The notes beneath the pieces were generated by a model. It made no database searches, was not told the origin of the DNA, and was given only the letters and a program-made list of their open reading frames with translations. Shown in pieces: positions 1-8,968 of a stretch of DNA of 64,000 nucleotides; within the stretch, counting starts at the first letter, position 1; every line of letters starts with the position of its first letter. This DNA comes from Actinomycetota bacterium. GTDB taxonomy: Bacteria; Actinomycetota; Thermoleophilia; Solirubrobacterales; 70-9. The DNA lies in NCBI GenBank assembly GCA_046728915.1, contig JBKPFQ010000060.1, positions 5,311 to 69,310 of the forward strand. The letters run 5' to 3'. The translations under genes and the position numbers were made by a program.

Positions 1-479
1 ATCGCGAAGCCGTGGGTGGTGACGCCGCGACTGACGTGAACCCCGATCGACCCGACCTTTCGCCGCTCGGGAGTCCAGACCCCGGTCAGTCCGTGAACGA
101 CCTCGGCCTCGATGCCCCAGTCGCCGAGCGCTCCGACGATCACGCGCTCCATCCGCCGGATGTACTCATGCACGTCGTCGCGGTACGGGCGCAGGCTCAC
201 GATCGGATAGCCCACCAGCTGCCCCGGGCCGTGGTAGGTGACGCGCCCGCCCCGATCGGTGTCGACCACGTCGATGCCCTGCCTGAGGTACCAGTCCTCG
301 CCCATCGGGAGCTCGTCGGCGGTCGAGCGGCGACCCTTCGTGTACACGGGCGGATGCTCGAGCAGGAGCAGGACGTCCGGGATCTCCCCGCCCTGACGAG
401 CGCGCTCGATCTCCCTTTGGAGCCCGCGCGCGTCCCCGTAGGGCACCAGCCCCGGCCGAACGGTCAAAAGCTCGTCCAC
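1..479 (-). CDS. lipB: Lipoyl(octanoyl) transferase LipB, 3' end cut by window edge
   Basis: Not in the ORF track because there is no stop inside the window. Manual minus-strand translation from GTG 479-477 gives VDELLTVRPGLVPYGDARGLQREIERARQGGEIPDVLLLLEHPPVYTKGRRS...DTDRGGRVTYHGPGQLVGYPIVSL...RKVGSIGVHVSRGVTTHGFA, which are the conserved LipB blocks. GC3 is high. Confidence 0.8.
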   Translation of the reverse strand, partial: MDELLTVRPGLVPYGDARGLQREIERARQGGEIPDVLLLLEHPPVYTKGRRSTADELPMGEDWYLRQGIDVVDTDRGGRVTYHGPGQLVGYPIVSLRPYRDDVHEYIRRMERVIVGALGDWGIEAEVVHGLTGVWTPERRKVGSIGVHVSRGVTTHGFA

Positions 480-491
480 TGCTTCAGTGTG

Positions 492-1631
492 TCATGCAGC
501 GGCGGCCTGCCCGGCACCAGCGGCCTCGAGGCGCTCGGCGGCGACCGCGCGGGCCGCGGCCAGTGGCGTGACGCCTCGCTCGCGAGCCGTCGACAGGATT
601 CGCTGCAGATTGGCCTCGATCCCGAGCGCGAGCTCGCGCGCGTGGGACTCGGAGTAGCCCTGGATCTCGCGGTAGACGTGGATCAGCCCGCCCGCGTTGA
701 CGACGAAGTCCGGCGCGTACAGGATCCCGCGGTCCGCCAGCGATTCGGCGAGCGAGTCGCGGACGAGCTGGTTGTTGGCGCAGCCGCACACGACTTGGCA
801 GCGCAGCGCGGGCAGGTTCGCCGGGTCGATCGCCCCCCCGAGCGCGCATGGAGCGAGGATGTCGCACTCCGCAACCAGTTCCTCCGTCGGCTCGAGCCAC
901 TCCGCGCCGAGCTCGTCGGCAATGGCCTTCTTCTCGGGCGCGATGTCCGAGACGGCGACCCGGGCCCCGCGCTCGACGAGCCGCCGGGCGAGCTTCTCGC
1001 CCACGTGCCCGAGGCCGGCGATCGCGATCCGCAGATCCGCAAGCTCGGGCGAGCCGAACTGCTCGCGCGCGCACGCGCGCATGGCCGCCTCGACCCCGAG
1101 CGCTGTGAAGGGGCTCGGATCGCCGGAGCCGCCGCGCTCCGGAGGCAGGCCCGTGACGTGGCTGGTCCGGTCCCGGATCACCACCAGGTCGGATGGTGAG
1201 ATCCCGACGTCCTCCGCGGTGATGTAGCGGCCTTCCAGTGACTCGACCAGGTCGCCGAAGTCCAGCAGCAGATCGCGTCGCTCGCGACCGCTTGGCCTGT
1301 GTGGGGGACTGCAGATCACGCCCTTGCCGCCGCCCAGCGCCAGGCCCGCCGCCGCGGCCTTGAAGGTCATGCCGCGCGCGAGCCGCAGGGCATCGCGGAT
1401 GCCGTCGGTCGTCGCGGCGTAGTGCCAGAGCCGCACGCCGCCCAGGGCCGGGCCGAGCGCCGTCGAGTGGACGGCGACGATCACGTAGCGCCCGCTGCGC
1501 GATCCCCGGTGAAGGACGAGGTCCTCGTGCTCCAGGGCCACCGGCGCCACCGCCGCCGTGGAGGGGTGAGAGGAAGGCACCGCAGCCCCCGGCGCGGTGC
1601 CCGTCGCCGGCTGTGTGACGACCGCGCTCAT
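492..1631 (-). CDS. Leucine dehydrogenase (Glu/Leu/Phe/Val dehydrogenase family)
   Basis: Last 379 codons of the listed 802-aa ORF, starting MSAVVTQ. Catalytic-Lys block AAAGLALGGGKGVI, Rossmann IAGLGHVGEKLA, and CGCANNQL. The ATG overlaps the stop of the upstream E2 (ATGA at 1628-1631). Confidence 0.85.
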   Translation of the reverse strand: MSAVVTQPATGTAPGAAVPSSHPSTAAVAPVALEHEDLVLHRGSRSGRYVIVAVHSTALGPALGGVRLWHYAATTDGIRDALRLARGMTFKAAAAGLALGGGKGVICSPPHRPSGRERRDLLLDFGDLVESLEGRYITAEDVGISPSDLVVIRDRTSHVTGLPPERGGSGDPSPFTALGVEAAMRACAREQFGSPELADLRIAIAGLGHVGEKLARRLVERGARVAVSDIAPEKKAIADELGAEWLEPTEELVAECDILAPCALGGAIDPANLPALRCQVVCGCANNQLVRDSLAESLADRGILYAPDFVVNAGGLIHVYREIQGYSESHARELALGIEANLQRILSTARERGVTPLAAARAVAAERLEAAGAGQAAAA

Positions 1632-2995
1632 CGCGCGCCCTCCCAGCCCTCCAGGCGAGCTTTCACGGCGGCCAGGAACCGGGCCGCATCCGCTCCATCC
1701 AGCGCGCGGTGGTCCCAGGACATGCAGAGGTAGGTCATCGGCCGGATGGCGATCGAATCGCCCTCCGCCCCCTCGATGACCACGGGCCGCTTGACGATCG
1801 CCTCGAGGTCGAGGATCGCGACCTGCGGCTGGTTGATGATCGGCGTCGCGAGCACGGCGCCGAACTGACCGGGGTTGGTGATGGTGAACGTGCCGCCATG
1901 GACCTCGTCGGGGTCGAGCCGCCGATCCCTGGCGCGCTCGGCGAGATCGCCGATGGCCGCCGCCATCCCCTCGAGGCTCAGGCGCTGCGCGCGGCGAATC
2001 ACCGGGACCACCAGGCCGTCCTCGAGGGCGACGGCGATTCCGAGGTTCACGTCCTCGTGGTAGAGGATCTCCTCGCCGTCCACGGAGGCGTTCAGCCGCG
2101 GATGCTCCTGCAGCGCCTCGACCGTCGCCAGCGCCACGAATCCGAGATAGGTGAGGTTCACGCCGCGTCGCCGCATCGATTCGCGAAGCTCGCGGCGGCG
2201 GCCGGCCACGCGGGTGAAGTCGGCCTCCACGATCGTGGTGCAGTGCGCGGCGGTGCGCCTGCTCCCGGTCATGTGACGGGCAATCGCCTGGCGCATCGGG
2301 GACATCGGCTCGGCGCGCGTCGGTCCGATCAGTTCGTCGATGCCCGGAGGCGGGGCGCCGGCCGGTGCAGCCGGGGCTGCCTCGCCCCCAGCCTCGCTCG
2401 GCGTCGGCGCCTCCGCCTCGTCGGGTCGATAGGGAGACTCGATGTGGAGGACCGGCTCCGGTGGTCCTTCCGAAACGCCCTCCCGAGTCTCGATGTAAGC
2501 GAGAACGTCCCTCTTTCGCACCCTGCCGCCGATGCCGGTGCCCGTCACCTGCGACAGGTCGATCCCGTGCTTGTCGGCGATCCGGCGCACGACGGGGGAA
2601 TAGAACGTCGATCGATCGCCCTCTCCATCGGTGACGATGTCCCGATCGGCGGTTGGTGCCTGCTGCTCGCTGCCCGCTGCCTGCCTTCCGTTGTGCTCGT
2701 CGGGATGTGCCTCGCCCGGCTTCGCCTCGGCGTCGATCTCCGCCAGCGGCGTACCGACGGCAACCGTGGTCCCGGGCTCGACGAGGATCCGGTCCAGCCG
2801 GCCGCCGGCCGGGGAGGGGATCTCGACGTCGATCTTGTCGGTCGTCACGTCGCAGATGGGCTCGTCGGCCTCGACCCAATCCCCCGGACGCTTGCGCCAC
2901 TCGACGATCGTCCCCTCGGCGACCGAGACGCCCATCTGCGGCATCACGACCTCGACCGCGTTCGTGGCCTTCTGCTCAGTAGGCGAGGAGGGCAC
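1628..2995 (-). CDS. bkdB: Branched-chain 2-oxoacid dehydrogenase E2 (dihydrolipoyl acyltransferase)
   Basis: Lipoyl domain with TTDKIDVEIPSP, E1/E3-binding domain SPVVRRIADKHGIDLSQVTGTGIGGRVRKRDV, and catalytic SWDHRALDG. AAGGAGG lies 6 nt upstream of GTG 2995, inside the E1beta 3' end. Confidence 0.9.
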   Translation of the reverse strand: MPSSPTEQKATNAVEVVMPQMGVSVAEGTIVEWRKRPGDWVEADEPICDVTTDKIDVEIPSPAGGRLDRILVEPGTTVAVGTPLAEIDAEAKPGEAHPDEHNGRQAAGSEQQAPTADRDIVTDGEGDRSTFYSPVVRRIADKHGIDLSQVTGTGIGGRVRKRDVLAYIETREGVSEGPPEPVLHIESPYRPDEAEAPTPSEAGGEAAPAAPAGAPPPGIDELIGPTRAEPMSPMRQAIARHMTGSRRTAAHCTTIVEADFTRVAGRRRELRESMRRRGVNLTYLGFVALATVEALQEHPRLNASVDGEEILYHEDVNLGIAVALEDGLVVPVIRRAQRLSLEGMAAAIGDLAERARDRRLDPDEVHGGTFTITNPGQFGAVLATPIINQPQVAILDLEAIVKRPVVIEGAEGDSIAIRPMTYLCMSWDHRALDGADAARFLAAVKARLEGWEGAR

Positions 2996-4013
2996 GGCAT
3001 GCCTCCTTCATGTCGTCGAGCTGTGGCAGCACCGCCTGCTCGAGCGGCGGGCTGAACGGGATGGGCACGTCCGGCGCGGTGAGGCGGCGAACCGGTGCAT
3101 CCAGGTCCTCGAAGGCCTCCTCGGTGATCAGCGCCGCGACCTCCGCCCCGACGCCGCAAGATCTCGTCGCCTCGTGCGCGACGAGCGCCTTGCCGGTCTT
3201 GCGGACGCTCTGGAGGATCGACTCGCGGTCGAGCGGGGCGACGGTTCTCAGGTCGACGATCTCGATGTCCTCGTCGAGCTCGTCCGCGGCGCGCAGTGCC
3301 AGGTGGACGCTCGACCCGTAGGCGATCACGGTCATCTCCTCGCCGGTCCGGGCGATTCGCGCCTCGCCGATGGGCACGGCATGCTCGCCCTCGGGCACCT
3401 CGTCCCTGACGTGGCGGTACAGCCCCTTGTGCTCGAGGTAGCAGACGGGGTTGGGGTCCCGGATCGCGCTCACCAGGAGTCCCTTGGCGTCCGACGCGGT
3501 CGCCGGGGCCACGACCTTGAGGCCGGGGGCCTGGATGAACCAGGCCTCGGGGTTCTGCGAGTGGAACGGTCCACCCGAGAATCCGCCTCCGGACGGCAGC
3601 CGGATCACCATCGGCACGGCGACGCCCTGCCGGTAGTGCAGTTTCGCGGCCACGTTGACGAGCTGGTCGAACCCGCACGAGATGAAGTCGGCGAACTGCA
3701 TCTCGCAGACGGGCCGCAATCCCTCGGCGGCCGCGCCGACGGCGGTGCCGATGATCGCGTTCTCGGCAAGCGGTGTATCGAGGCAGCGCTCGGCGCCGAA
3801 CTCCTCGACGAAGCCGTCGGTCACCTTGAACGCGCCGCCGAAGGCGCCGATGTCCTCGCCCAGGCAGAACACCGACTCGTCGCGGCGCATCTCGGTGCGT
3901 AGCGCGTCGGAGATCGCCTCGAGGTAGGTCATCTCGCGCGTCCCGGAGGGGGATCCGTCGGCGCCGGGCGCGGGGGTGAGGCTCGTGCCGCCGCGCTGCT
4001 CGACGGTGCTCAC
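2976..4013 (-). CDS. bkdAB: Branched-chain 2-oxoacid dehydrogenase E1 beta subunit
   Basis: MTYLEAISDALRTEMRRDESVFCLGEDIGAFGGAFKVTDGF... is typical E1beta. I prefer the GTG at 4013: it has an AGGAGG SD 6-7 nt upstream and a GTGA overlap with the E1alpha stop. The listed ORF extends to 4178 through an Arg-rich non-coding-like N-terminus. ATG 3942 is an alternative start. Confidence 0.85.
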   Translation of the reverse strand: MSTVEQRGGTSLTPAPGADGSPSGTREMTYLEAISDALRTEMRRDESVFCLGEDIGAFGGAFKVTDGFVEEFGAERCLDTPLAENAIIGTAVGAAAEGLRPVCEMQFADFISCGFDQLVNVAAKLHYRQGVAVPMVIRLPSGGGFSGGPFHSQNPEAWFIQAPGLKVVAPATASDAKGLLVSAIRDPNPVCYLEHKGLYRHVRDEVPEGEHAVPIGEARIARTGEEMTVIAYGSSVHLALRAADELDEDIEIVDLRTVAPLDRESILQSVRKTGKALVAHEATRSCGVGAEVAALITEEAFEDLDAPVRRLTAPDVPIPFSPPLEQAVLPQLDDMKEACRALLAY

Positions 4014-5140
4014 GCGACCCTCCTCTCGACCGGTGCGGCTCCGTTGCCCGCGCCGTCTTGCGACCACCGGGACCAGGGAGCGTGCCCGTCGCCGAGGGGT
4101 TCGGACGAATCGGCGAAGACGCCGTCGGCGGCGAGGCCGGGATCGGGCATCGGCGAGGCGAGCGCAATGCCCGCGCACTCATCGACGTAGGCGCGCACCT
4201 CTTCGCGGATGCCTTCCACCTCCTCGGGCCGGAACCCGTAGTCGGAGACGAGTCGCTCCGCGTAGCGATCGATCGGATCGCGCCGCGCCCACTCCTCATG
4301 GAGCTCCTTCGGCACGTAGCGCATGTCGTCGTGCGCGCCGTGTCCGTGCATTCGCATCGTCTGGCACTCGATCAGCGTGGGGCCTCCTCCAGCCCGCGCG
4401 AGATCCGCCGCGGTCCGCGCCGCCTCGAAGACGTCCTCGACGTCGTTGCCGTCGACGTTCACACCGGGGAACCCGTACGTGTGCGCCCGCTCCACCGGAT
4501 CCACCACGAACTCGAACTCGTTGGGGGTCGAGTACGCGAACCGGTTGTTCTCCAGCACGAAGACGATCGGGAGGCGGTGGATGCCCGCGAAGTTCATCGC
4601 CTCGTGCCACTGGCCGTTGGCCGTGGATCCCTCGCCGAAGAAGGTCATCGCCACCCGCTGCTCCCGCCGCGTCTTGAACGCCAGCGCCATCCCCGTGGCG
4701 ACGAGGGCCATATCGGGAAGCATCGACACCATCCCGACGCAGCCGAGCTGCCGATCCCCGAAGTGCATGTTGCCGTCCTTGCCGCCGGTGACGCCGCCGG
4801 CCCGACCCATGTAGTTCGCGAGGTAGCGGTCCGGCGTCACGCCGCGAACGAGGTGGGCGCCGAGGTCGCGGTGCAGGATGCACATCCGATCCTGAGGGCC
4901 GAGAACGAAAGAGGCGCCCACCGAGACCGCCTCCTGCCCGCACCCGTCGTAGAAGGAGCCGGGCACCTTGCCCTGCTTGTAGAGGGTGAGAGCGCGCTCC
5001 TCGGAGGCGCGCATCATCGCCATGTAGCGGAAGAGGCTCGCGCGATCCTCCCGCGTCAGGGGCGCATCGACGAGTTCGCGTACACGCTCACGCGCGACGA
5101 CGCTCGCGTCCGTTGTCTCCATATCCCGTCCGCCTTTCAC
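4010..5140 (-). CDS. bkdAA: Branched-chain 2-oxoacid dehydrogenase E1 alpha subunit (TPP-dependent)
   Basis: TPP motif FGEGSTANGQWHEAMNFAGIHRLPIVFVLENN. Start is GTG 5140 or ATG 5122. Confidence 0.9.
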   Translation of the reverse strand: MKGGRDMETTDASVVARERVRELVDAPLTREDRASLFRYMAMMRASEERALTLYKQGKVPGSFYDGCGQEAVSVGASFVLGPQDRMCILHRDLGAHLVRGVTPDRYLANYMGRAGGVTGGKDGNMHFGDRQLGCVGMVSMLPDMALVATGMALAFKTRREQRVAMTFFGEGSTANGQWHEAMNFAGIHRLPIVFVLENNRFAYSTPNEFEFVVDPVERAHTYGFPGVNVDGNDVEDVFEAARTAADLARAGGGPTLIECQTMRMHGHGAHDDMRYVPKELHEEWARRDPIDRYAERLVSDYGFRPEEVEGIREEVRAYVDECAGIALASPMPDPGLAADGVFADSSEPLGDGHAPWSRWSQDGAGNGAAPVERRVA

Positions 5141-5327
5141 TCGGGCCCCGCGACGGGATCTCCGTCTGCCGGGCCGTTGTCGCCGCTACGGGATCTCCGA
5201 TCACGGCTCCTACGGACCAGGGCGCGAGGGTTCCGCCCCACACCCCTATGTATCACTCGCTACCCGATTCTACATTCGTGACGCGGCGCTGCAAGGGCAC
5301 GCGCTCCCGGGAGGTTTTGTCATCCCA

Positions 5328-5345
5328 GGTACGCCATGGCGTACC
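5328..5345. promoter_or_regulatory. Perfect 18-bp palindrome GGTACGCCATGGCGTACC in the bkd/pdh intergenic region
   Basis: Read directly. It lies 28 nt past the pdhC stop and about 190 nt upstream of the bkd E1alpha start. It could be an operator or a terminator stem. No U-tract follows on either strand. Confidence 0.3.
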
Positions 5346-5372
5346 CAAATCGCCAAAAGCTTGCAGGGACGC

Positions 5373-6680
5373 TCAGAGGGCCAAGCCCAACGGCTCCTCG
5401 AGCAGGTTTCGGATCCGGTCGAGGAAGCGGGCGCCGTCCGCCCCGTAGAGGATCCGGTGGTCGCAGGCGAGCGTCATCGGCATCAGGTGCGCGATGGCGA
5501 GCTCGCCGTCCCTGACCGCCGGTTTCTCGGCGATCGCGCCGACGGCCAGGATCCCGGCCTGCGGCGGGTTGATGACCGCGGCGAAGCTCGAGATGCCGAA
5601 CATGCCGAGGTTGGAGACCGTGAAGGTCCCGCCCGAGAGCTCCGGCGGCGTCACCGTTGCCTCGCGGACGCGCTCGGCCAGAGCTCGCGTCTCGCTTGCG
5701 ATCTGCCGGAGCCCCTTCTGATCGGCGTCGAACACGGTCGGCACCACCAGCGCGTCCCGCGCGGCGACGGCGACGCCCACGTTCACGCGCGAATACAGCT
5801 CGAGCCGGCCGTCGCGGTAGGCGCCGTTGGCCCGCGGATGCTCGCGAAGCGCGATCGCGCAGGCCTTGACGACCATGTCGTTGAAGGAGGGCACGATCTC
5901 GCCCTCGCCGGCGGCGGCCTTCAACCGGCCCCGGGCCTCCACCGCCCGCGTCATGTCCGCCTCGACGGAGAGGTAGAAGTGTGGCGCCGTGGCCTTCGAC
6001 TCGGCCATCCGCCGCGCGACCGTCGACTGGAGCTTGGTCAGCTCCTCAAAGGAGACGCTTCCCTTGGCGGTCTCGGGTCGCTCGGCCACGCCCGGGGTCG
6101 GACCGGCGGGGGCCGCGGGTACCGGAGCGGCCGGCGCCGGTGCAACCTCGGGTCCGGCCGTGGCGGCTCGCTCGACGTCGGCCTTGACGATGCGACCTCC
6201 CGGCCCGGATCCGGCGACCCCAGCGAGATCGAGTCCCCTCTCTCGCGCGATCCGACGAGCCAGCGGCGAGGCCTTGACGCGCCCGTCTCCCGCGGGGGGA
6301 GCCGGCGGTGCGGCAGCCTCCGCAGGCGCTGCGGCTCCTTGCGGGGGCGCTGCGGGGGAGGGAGCGGGGGGACTCGGCGCAGACTCGGGAGCTGCGGGTT
6401 CCGTCGACCTCGCCGGGGCGCCATCTCCCGACGGCGCCTCACCGGGCTCGCCGACCCGCGCGATCACCTCGCCGATGGGGAGCGTGTCGCCCTCGGCGGC
6501 GACGACCTCGATCAGGGTGCCTCCCGCGTCGGCCTCGTACACCATGTTGGCCTTGTCGGTCTCGATCTCGACGAGCTCCTCGCCCAGCTCGACGGGATCG
6601 CCGGGAGACTTCAGCCAGCGCAGGATCGTGCCCTCCTCCATCGAGTCGGAAAGGCGGGGCATGACGATGTCGGTGGCCAT
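5373..6680 (-). CDS. pdhC: 2-oxoacid (pyruvate-type) dehydrogenase E2, dihydrolipoyl acetyltransferase
   Basis: Lipoyl domain IETDKANMVYEA, a long Ala/Pro linker, PSBD ASPLARRIARERGLDLAGVAGSGPGGRIVKADV, and catalytic ACDHRILYGADGARFL. Confidence 0.85.
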   Translation of the reverse strand: MATDIVMPRLSDSMEEGTILRWLKSPGDPVELGEELVEIETDKANMVYEADAGGTLIEVVAAEGDTLPIGEVIARVGEPGEAPSGDGAPARSTEPAAPESAPSPPAPSPAAPPQGAAAPAEAAAPPAPPAGDGRVKASPLARRIARERGLDLAGVAGSGPGGRIVKADVERAATAGPEVAPAPAAPVPAAPAGPTPGVAERPETAKGSVSFEELTKLQSTVARRMAESKATAPHFYLSVEADMTRAVEARGRLKAAAGEGEIVPSFNDMVVKACAIALREHPRANGAYRDGRLELYSRVNVGVAVAARDALVVPTVFDADQKGLRQIASETRALAERVREATVTPPELSGGTFTVSNLGMFGISSFAAVINPPQAGILAVGAIAEKPAVRDGELAIAHLMPMTLACDHRILYGADGARFLDRIRNLLEEPLGLAL

Positions 6681-7675
6681 CAGACGCTGCCCTCGAGCGT
6701 CGCCAGCGCCGCCGAGACCACGTGCTCCGCGTGCGGGATCGCCGCCTGCTCGAGGCGCCGCGAGTAGGGCATCGGCACGTCCGCGCCGGTGACCCGCTGG
6801 ACCGGAGCGTCCAGGTAGTCGAACGCCTGCTCCTGGATGAGGGCGGCGATGTTGGCTCCCACCCCGCCGTGCGGCCAGCCCTCCTCGACGACGACGCAGC
6901 GGTTCGTCTTACGCACCGATTCCAGGATGGTGTCCAGGTCGAGGGGTCGCAGCGTTCGCGGGTCGATCACCTCGGCCTCGACGTTGCTCTCGTTGGCGAG
7001 GGTCTTCGCGGCGCGCTGCGCGATGTCGACCATGCGCAGGATCCCCACGATGGTCACGTCGCCGCCCTCACGCAGCACCGCGGCCTCGCCGAAGCTGAGA
7101 AGTGGCCCGTCCCCGTTTCCCTCCGGAACCTCGCCGCGGGCTCCGTAGAGCGTCTCGTGCTCGATGAAGATCACCGGGTTGTCGTCGCGGATCGCTGCCT
7201 TCAGCAGCCCCTTTCCGTCCGCAGGGGTCGAGGGGCACGCGACCAGGACGCCGGGGATGTGCAGGAACATCGCCTCGAGGCTGTGCGAGTGAGTCGGACC
7301 GAGCTGATGCCCGCCGCCTCCCGGCATCCGTACCACCATCGGGACGCGAACCTGGCCGTTGAACATGTACGGGATCGCCGCCATGTGGTTGACGATCTGG
7401 TCCATCGCCAGCAGGGCGAAGTTCACGGTCATGATCTCGACCACCGGCCGCAGTCCGGCCATCGCCGCCCCGACCCCCGTGCCGACGATCGTGTTCTCGG
7501 AGATCGGCGTATCGCGCACCCTCTTCTCGCCGAACTCGTCCAGCAGGCCTTCGGTGACCTTGAACGCCCCCTGGAAGACGCCCACGTCCTCGCCCATGAC
7601 GAAGACGCTGTCGTCGCGGCGCATCTCCTCGGCGAGCGCCTGGTTCAGCGCCTCGCGCATCCGCACGACGGCCAT
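6680..7675 (-). CDS. pdhB: 2-oxoacid dehydrogenase E1 beta subunit
   Basis: MAVVRMREALNQALAEEMRRDDSVFVMGEDVGVFQGAFKVTEGL... is typical E1beta. There are 1-nt start/stop overlaps on both sides. Confidence 0.9.
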   Translation of the reverse strand: MAVVRMREALNQALAEEMRRDDSVFVMGEDVGVFQGAFKVTEGLLDEFGEKRVRDTPISENTIVGTGVGAAMAGLRPVVEIMTVNFALLAMDQIVNHMAAIPYMFNGQVRVPMVVRMPGGGGHQLGPTHSHSLEAMFLHIPGVLVACPSTPADGKGLLKAAIRDDNPVIFIEHETLYGARGEVPEGNGDGPLLSFGEAAVLREGGDVTIVGILRMVDIAQRAAKTLANESNVEAEVIDPRTLRPLDLDTILESVRKTNRCVVVEEGWPHGGVGANIAALIQEQAFDYLDAPVQRVTGADVPMPYSRRLEQAAIPHAEHVVSAALATLEGSV

Positions 7676-8952
7676 CAGCCGTCCCCCTCGCCGTCGTCCT
7701 CGAGCGCGTCGGCGGCGTCCCGGTCCTCCATCGTCTGCTCCGGACGACGACCGCGCGGGCTCTCCTGCCCGGCGTAGGCCGCACCGGCCTCGGCCAGCTT
7801 CCTCGCCTCGCCCGCCGCGCCGACCTCCCGCTCCTCCTCGCCCCGGTGGGGCTCCGGGGTCCGCTCGTCCACCGCGTACCAGCCGGGGACCTGGTCGCCG
7901 ACGACGTACAGGTGGTCGTAGAGGGACTCGAGCGGCGGCTCCGGCGAGTTGTTGGCGAACTCAACCGCCGCCAGGACACGCTCCTCGACGCGCTGGCGCA
8001 TCGCCTCGACTTCGTCCTCGGAGCTCACGTTCTCGGCGAGCAGACGGTCGCGAAAGACGGTGACCGGATCCTTCTTGCGCCATTCGGCGACCTCCTCCTT
8101 GGTCCGATAAACCTCGGGATCGGCGGCGGAATGGCCGCGGAAGCGGTAGGTGAACGCCTCGACGAGGGTTGGTTGGCGGTCCTCTCGCGCGAGGCGGATG
8201 TGCTCGGCGACGATCTCGCGCATCGCGAGGACGTCCATGCCATCCACGCGAACGCCCGGGACCCCCAGCCCCTCCGCCTTCCGGGAGAGGTCGGTGACGG
8301 CGGAATGGCGCTCGATCGACGTGCCCATTCCGTACAGGTTGTTCTCCACCAGGAACACGACCGGCAGCTTCCAGAGCGCCGCGAGGTTCAACGTCTCGCC
8401 GAAGTTGCCGCTGTTCGAAGCGCCGTCGCCGAACATGCAGACCGTGACCGCATCCTCGCCCTTGTACTCGGAGGCGAGCGCGAGCCCGGCCGCGATCGGG
8501 AGGTTGCCGCCGACGATCCCGTAGCCACCCATGAAGCGCCGCTCGGTGTCGAAGATGTGCATCGATCCCCCGCGGCCGCGCGAGCAGCCGTCCTCGCGCC
8601 CGAACAGCTCCGCCATCACGTTCTTCGGGTCGGTCCCTCGCGCGATCGCGTGACCGTGCGTCCGGTACGTTCCGATCAGGTAGTCCTCGTCCCGCATCAC
8701 GGACGTCGTGCCGACGATCGTCGCCTCCTCGCCGATCGCCAGGTGGAGGAAGCCGCCGGCCTTTGCCTGCTGGTACTGGCGACCCGCCTCCTCCTCGAAG
8801 CGGCGAATCAGCGCCATCGTCTCCAGGAGCTCGCGGCAGGTCGCCTCGTCGGGCAGCGGATGCGAGGCAGCACCCTTCCCGTCGCCGGCCGCCGCCAGGG
8901 TCGGCTCCTGAGCTACCTCCGGTTCAGCCGTTTCCGTGCGCTCTTTGGCCAC
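7675..8952 (-). CDS. pdhA: 2-oxoacid dehydrogenase E1 alpha subunit with acidic C-terminal extension
   Basis: TPP motif FGDGASNSGNFGETLNLAALWKLPVVFLVENN. About 70 extra C-terminal residues end in DRDAADALEDDGEGDG. Confidence 0.9.
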   Translation of the reverse strand: MAKERTETAEPEVAQEPTLAAAGDGKGAASHPLPDEATCRELLETMALIRRFEEEAGRQYQQAKAGGFLHLAIGEEATIVGTTSVMRDEDYLIGTYRTHGHAIARGTDPKNVMAELFGREDGCSRGRGGSMHIFDTERRFMGGYGIVGGNLPIAAGLALASEYKGEDAVTVCMFGDGASNSGNFGETLNLAALWKLPVVFLVENNLYGMGTSIERHSAVTDLSRKAEGLGVPGVRVDGMDVLAMREIVAEHIRLAREDRQPTLVEAFTYRFRGHSAADPEVYRTKEEVAEWRKKDPVTVFRDRLLAENVSSEDEVEAMRQRVEERVLAAVEFANNSPEPPLESLYDHLYVVGDQVPGWYAVDERTPEPHRGEEEREVGAAGEARKLAEAGAAYAGQESPRGRRPEQTMEDRDAADALEDDGEGDG

Positions 8953-8968
8953 CGTCGCTCACGATAAC

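Noticed and set aside
12-1199. 395-aa plus-strand ORF covering the first 1.2 kb.
   Set aside because: It is antisense to lipB and leucine dehydrogenase, which have clear family motifs. It is Arg/Pro/Gly/Ala/Asp-rich with no recognisable domain. This is a typical high-GC shadow ORF.
1632-2900. N-terminal 420 residues of the 802-aa minus-strand ORF (492-2900).
   Set aside because: It is an out-of-frame read-through across the E2 gene with extreme Arg/Gly/Pro composition. The real gene begins at ATG 1631 (MSAVVTQ).
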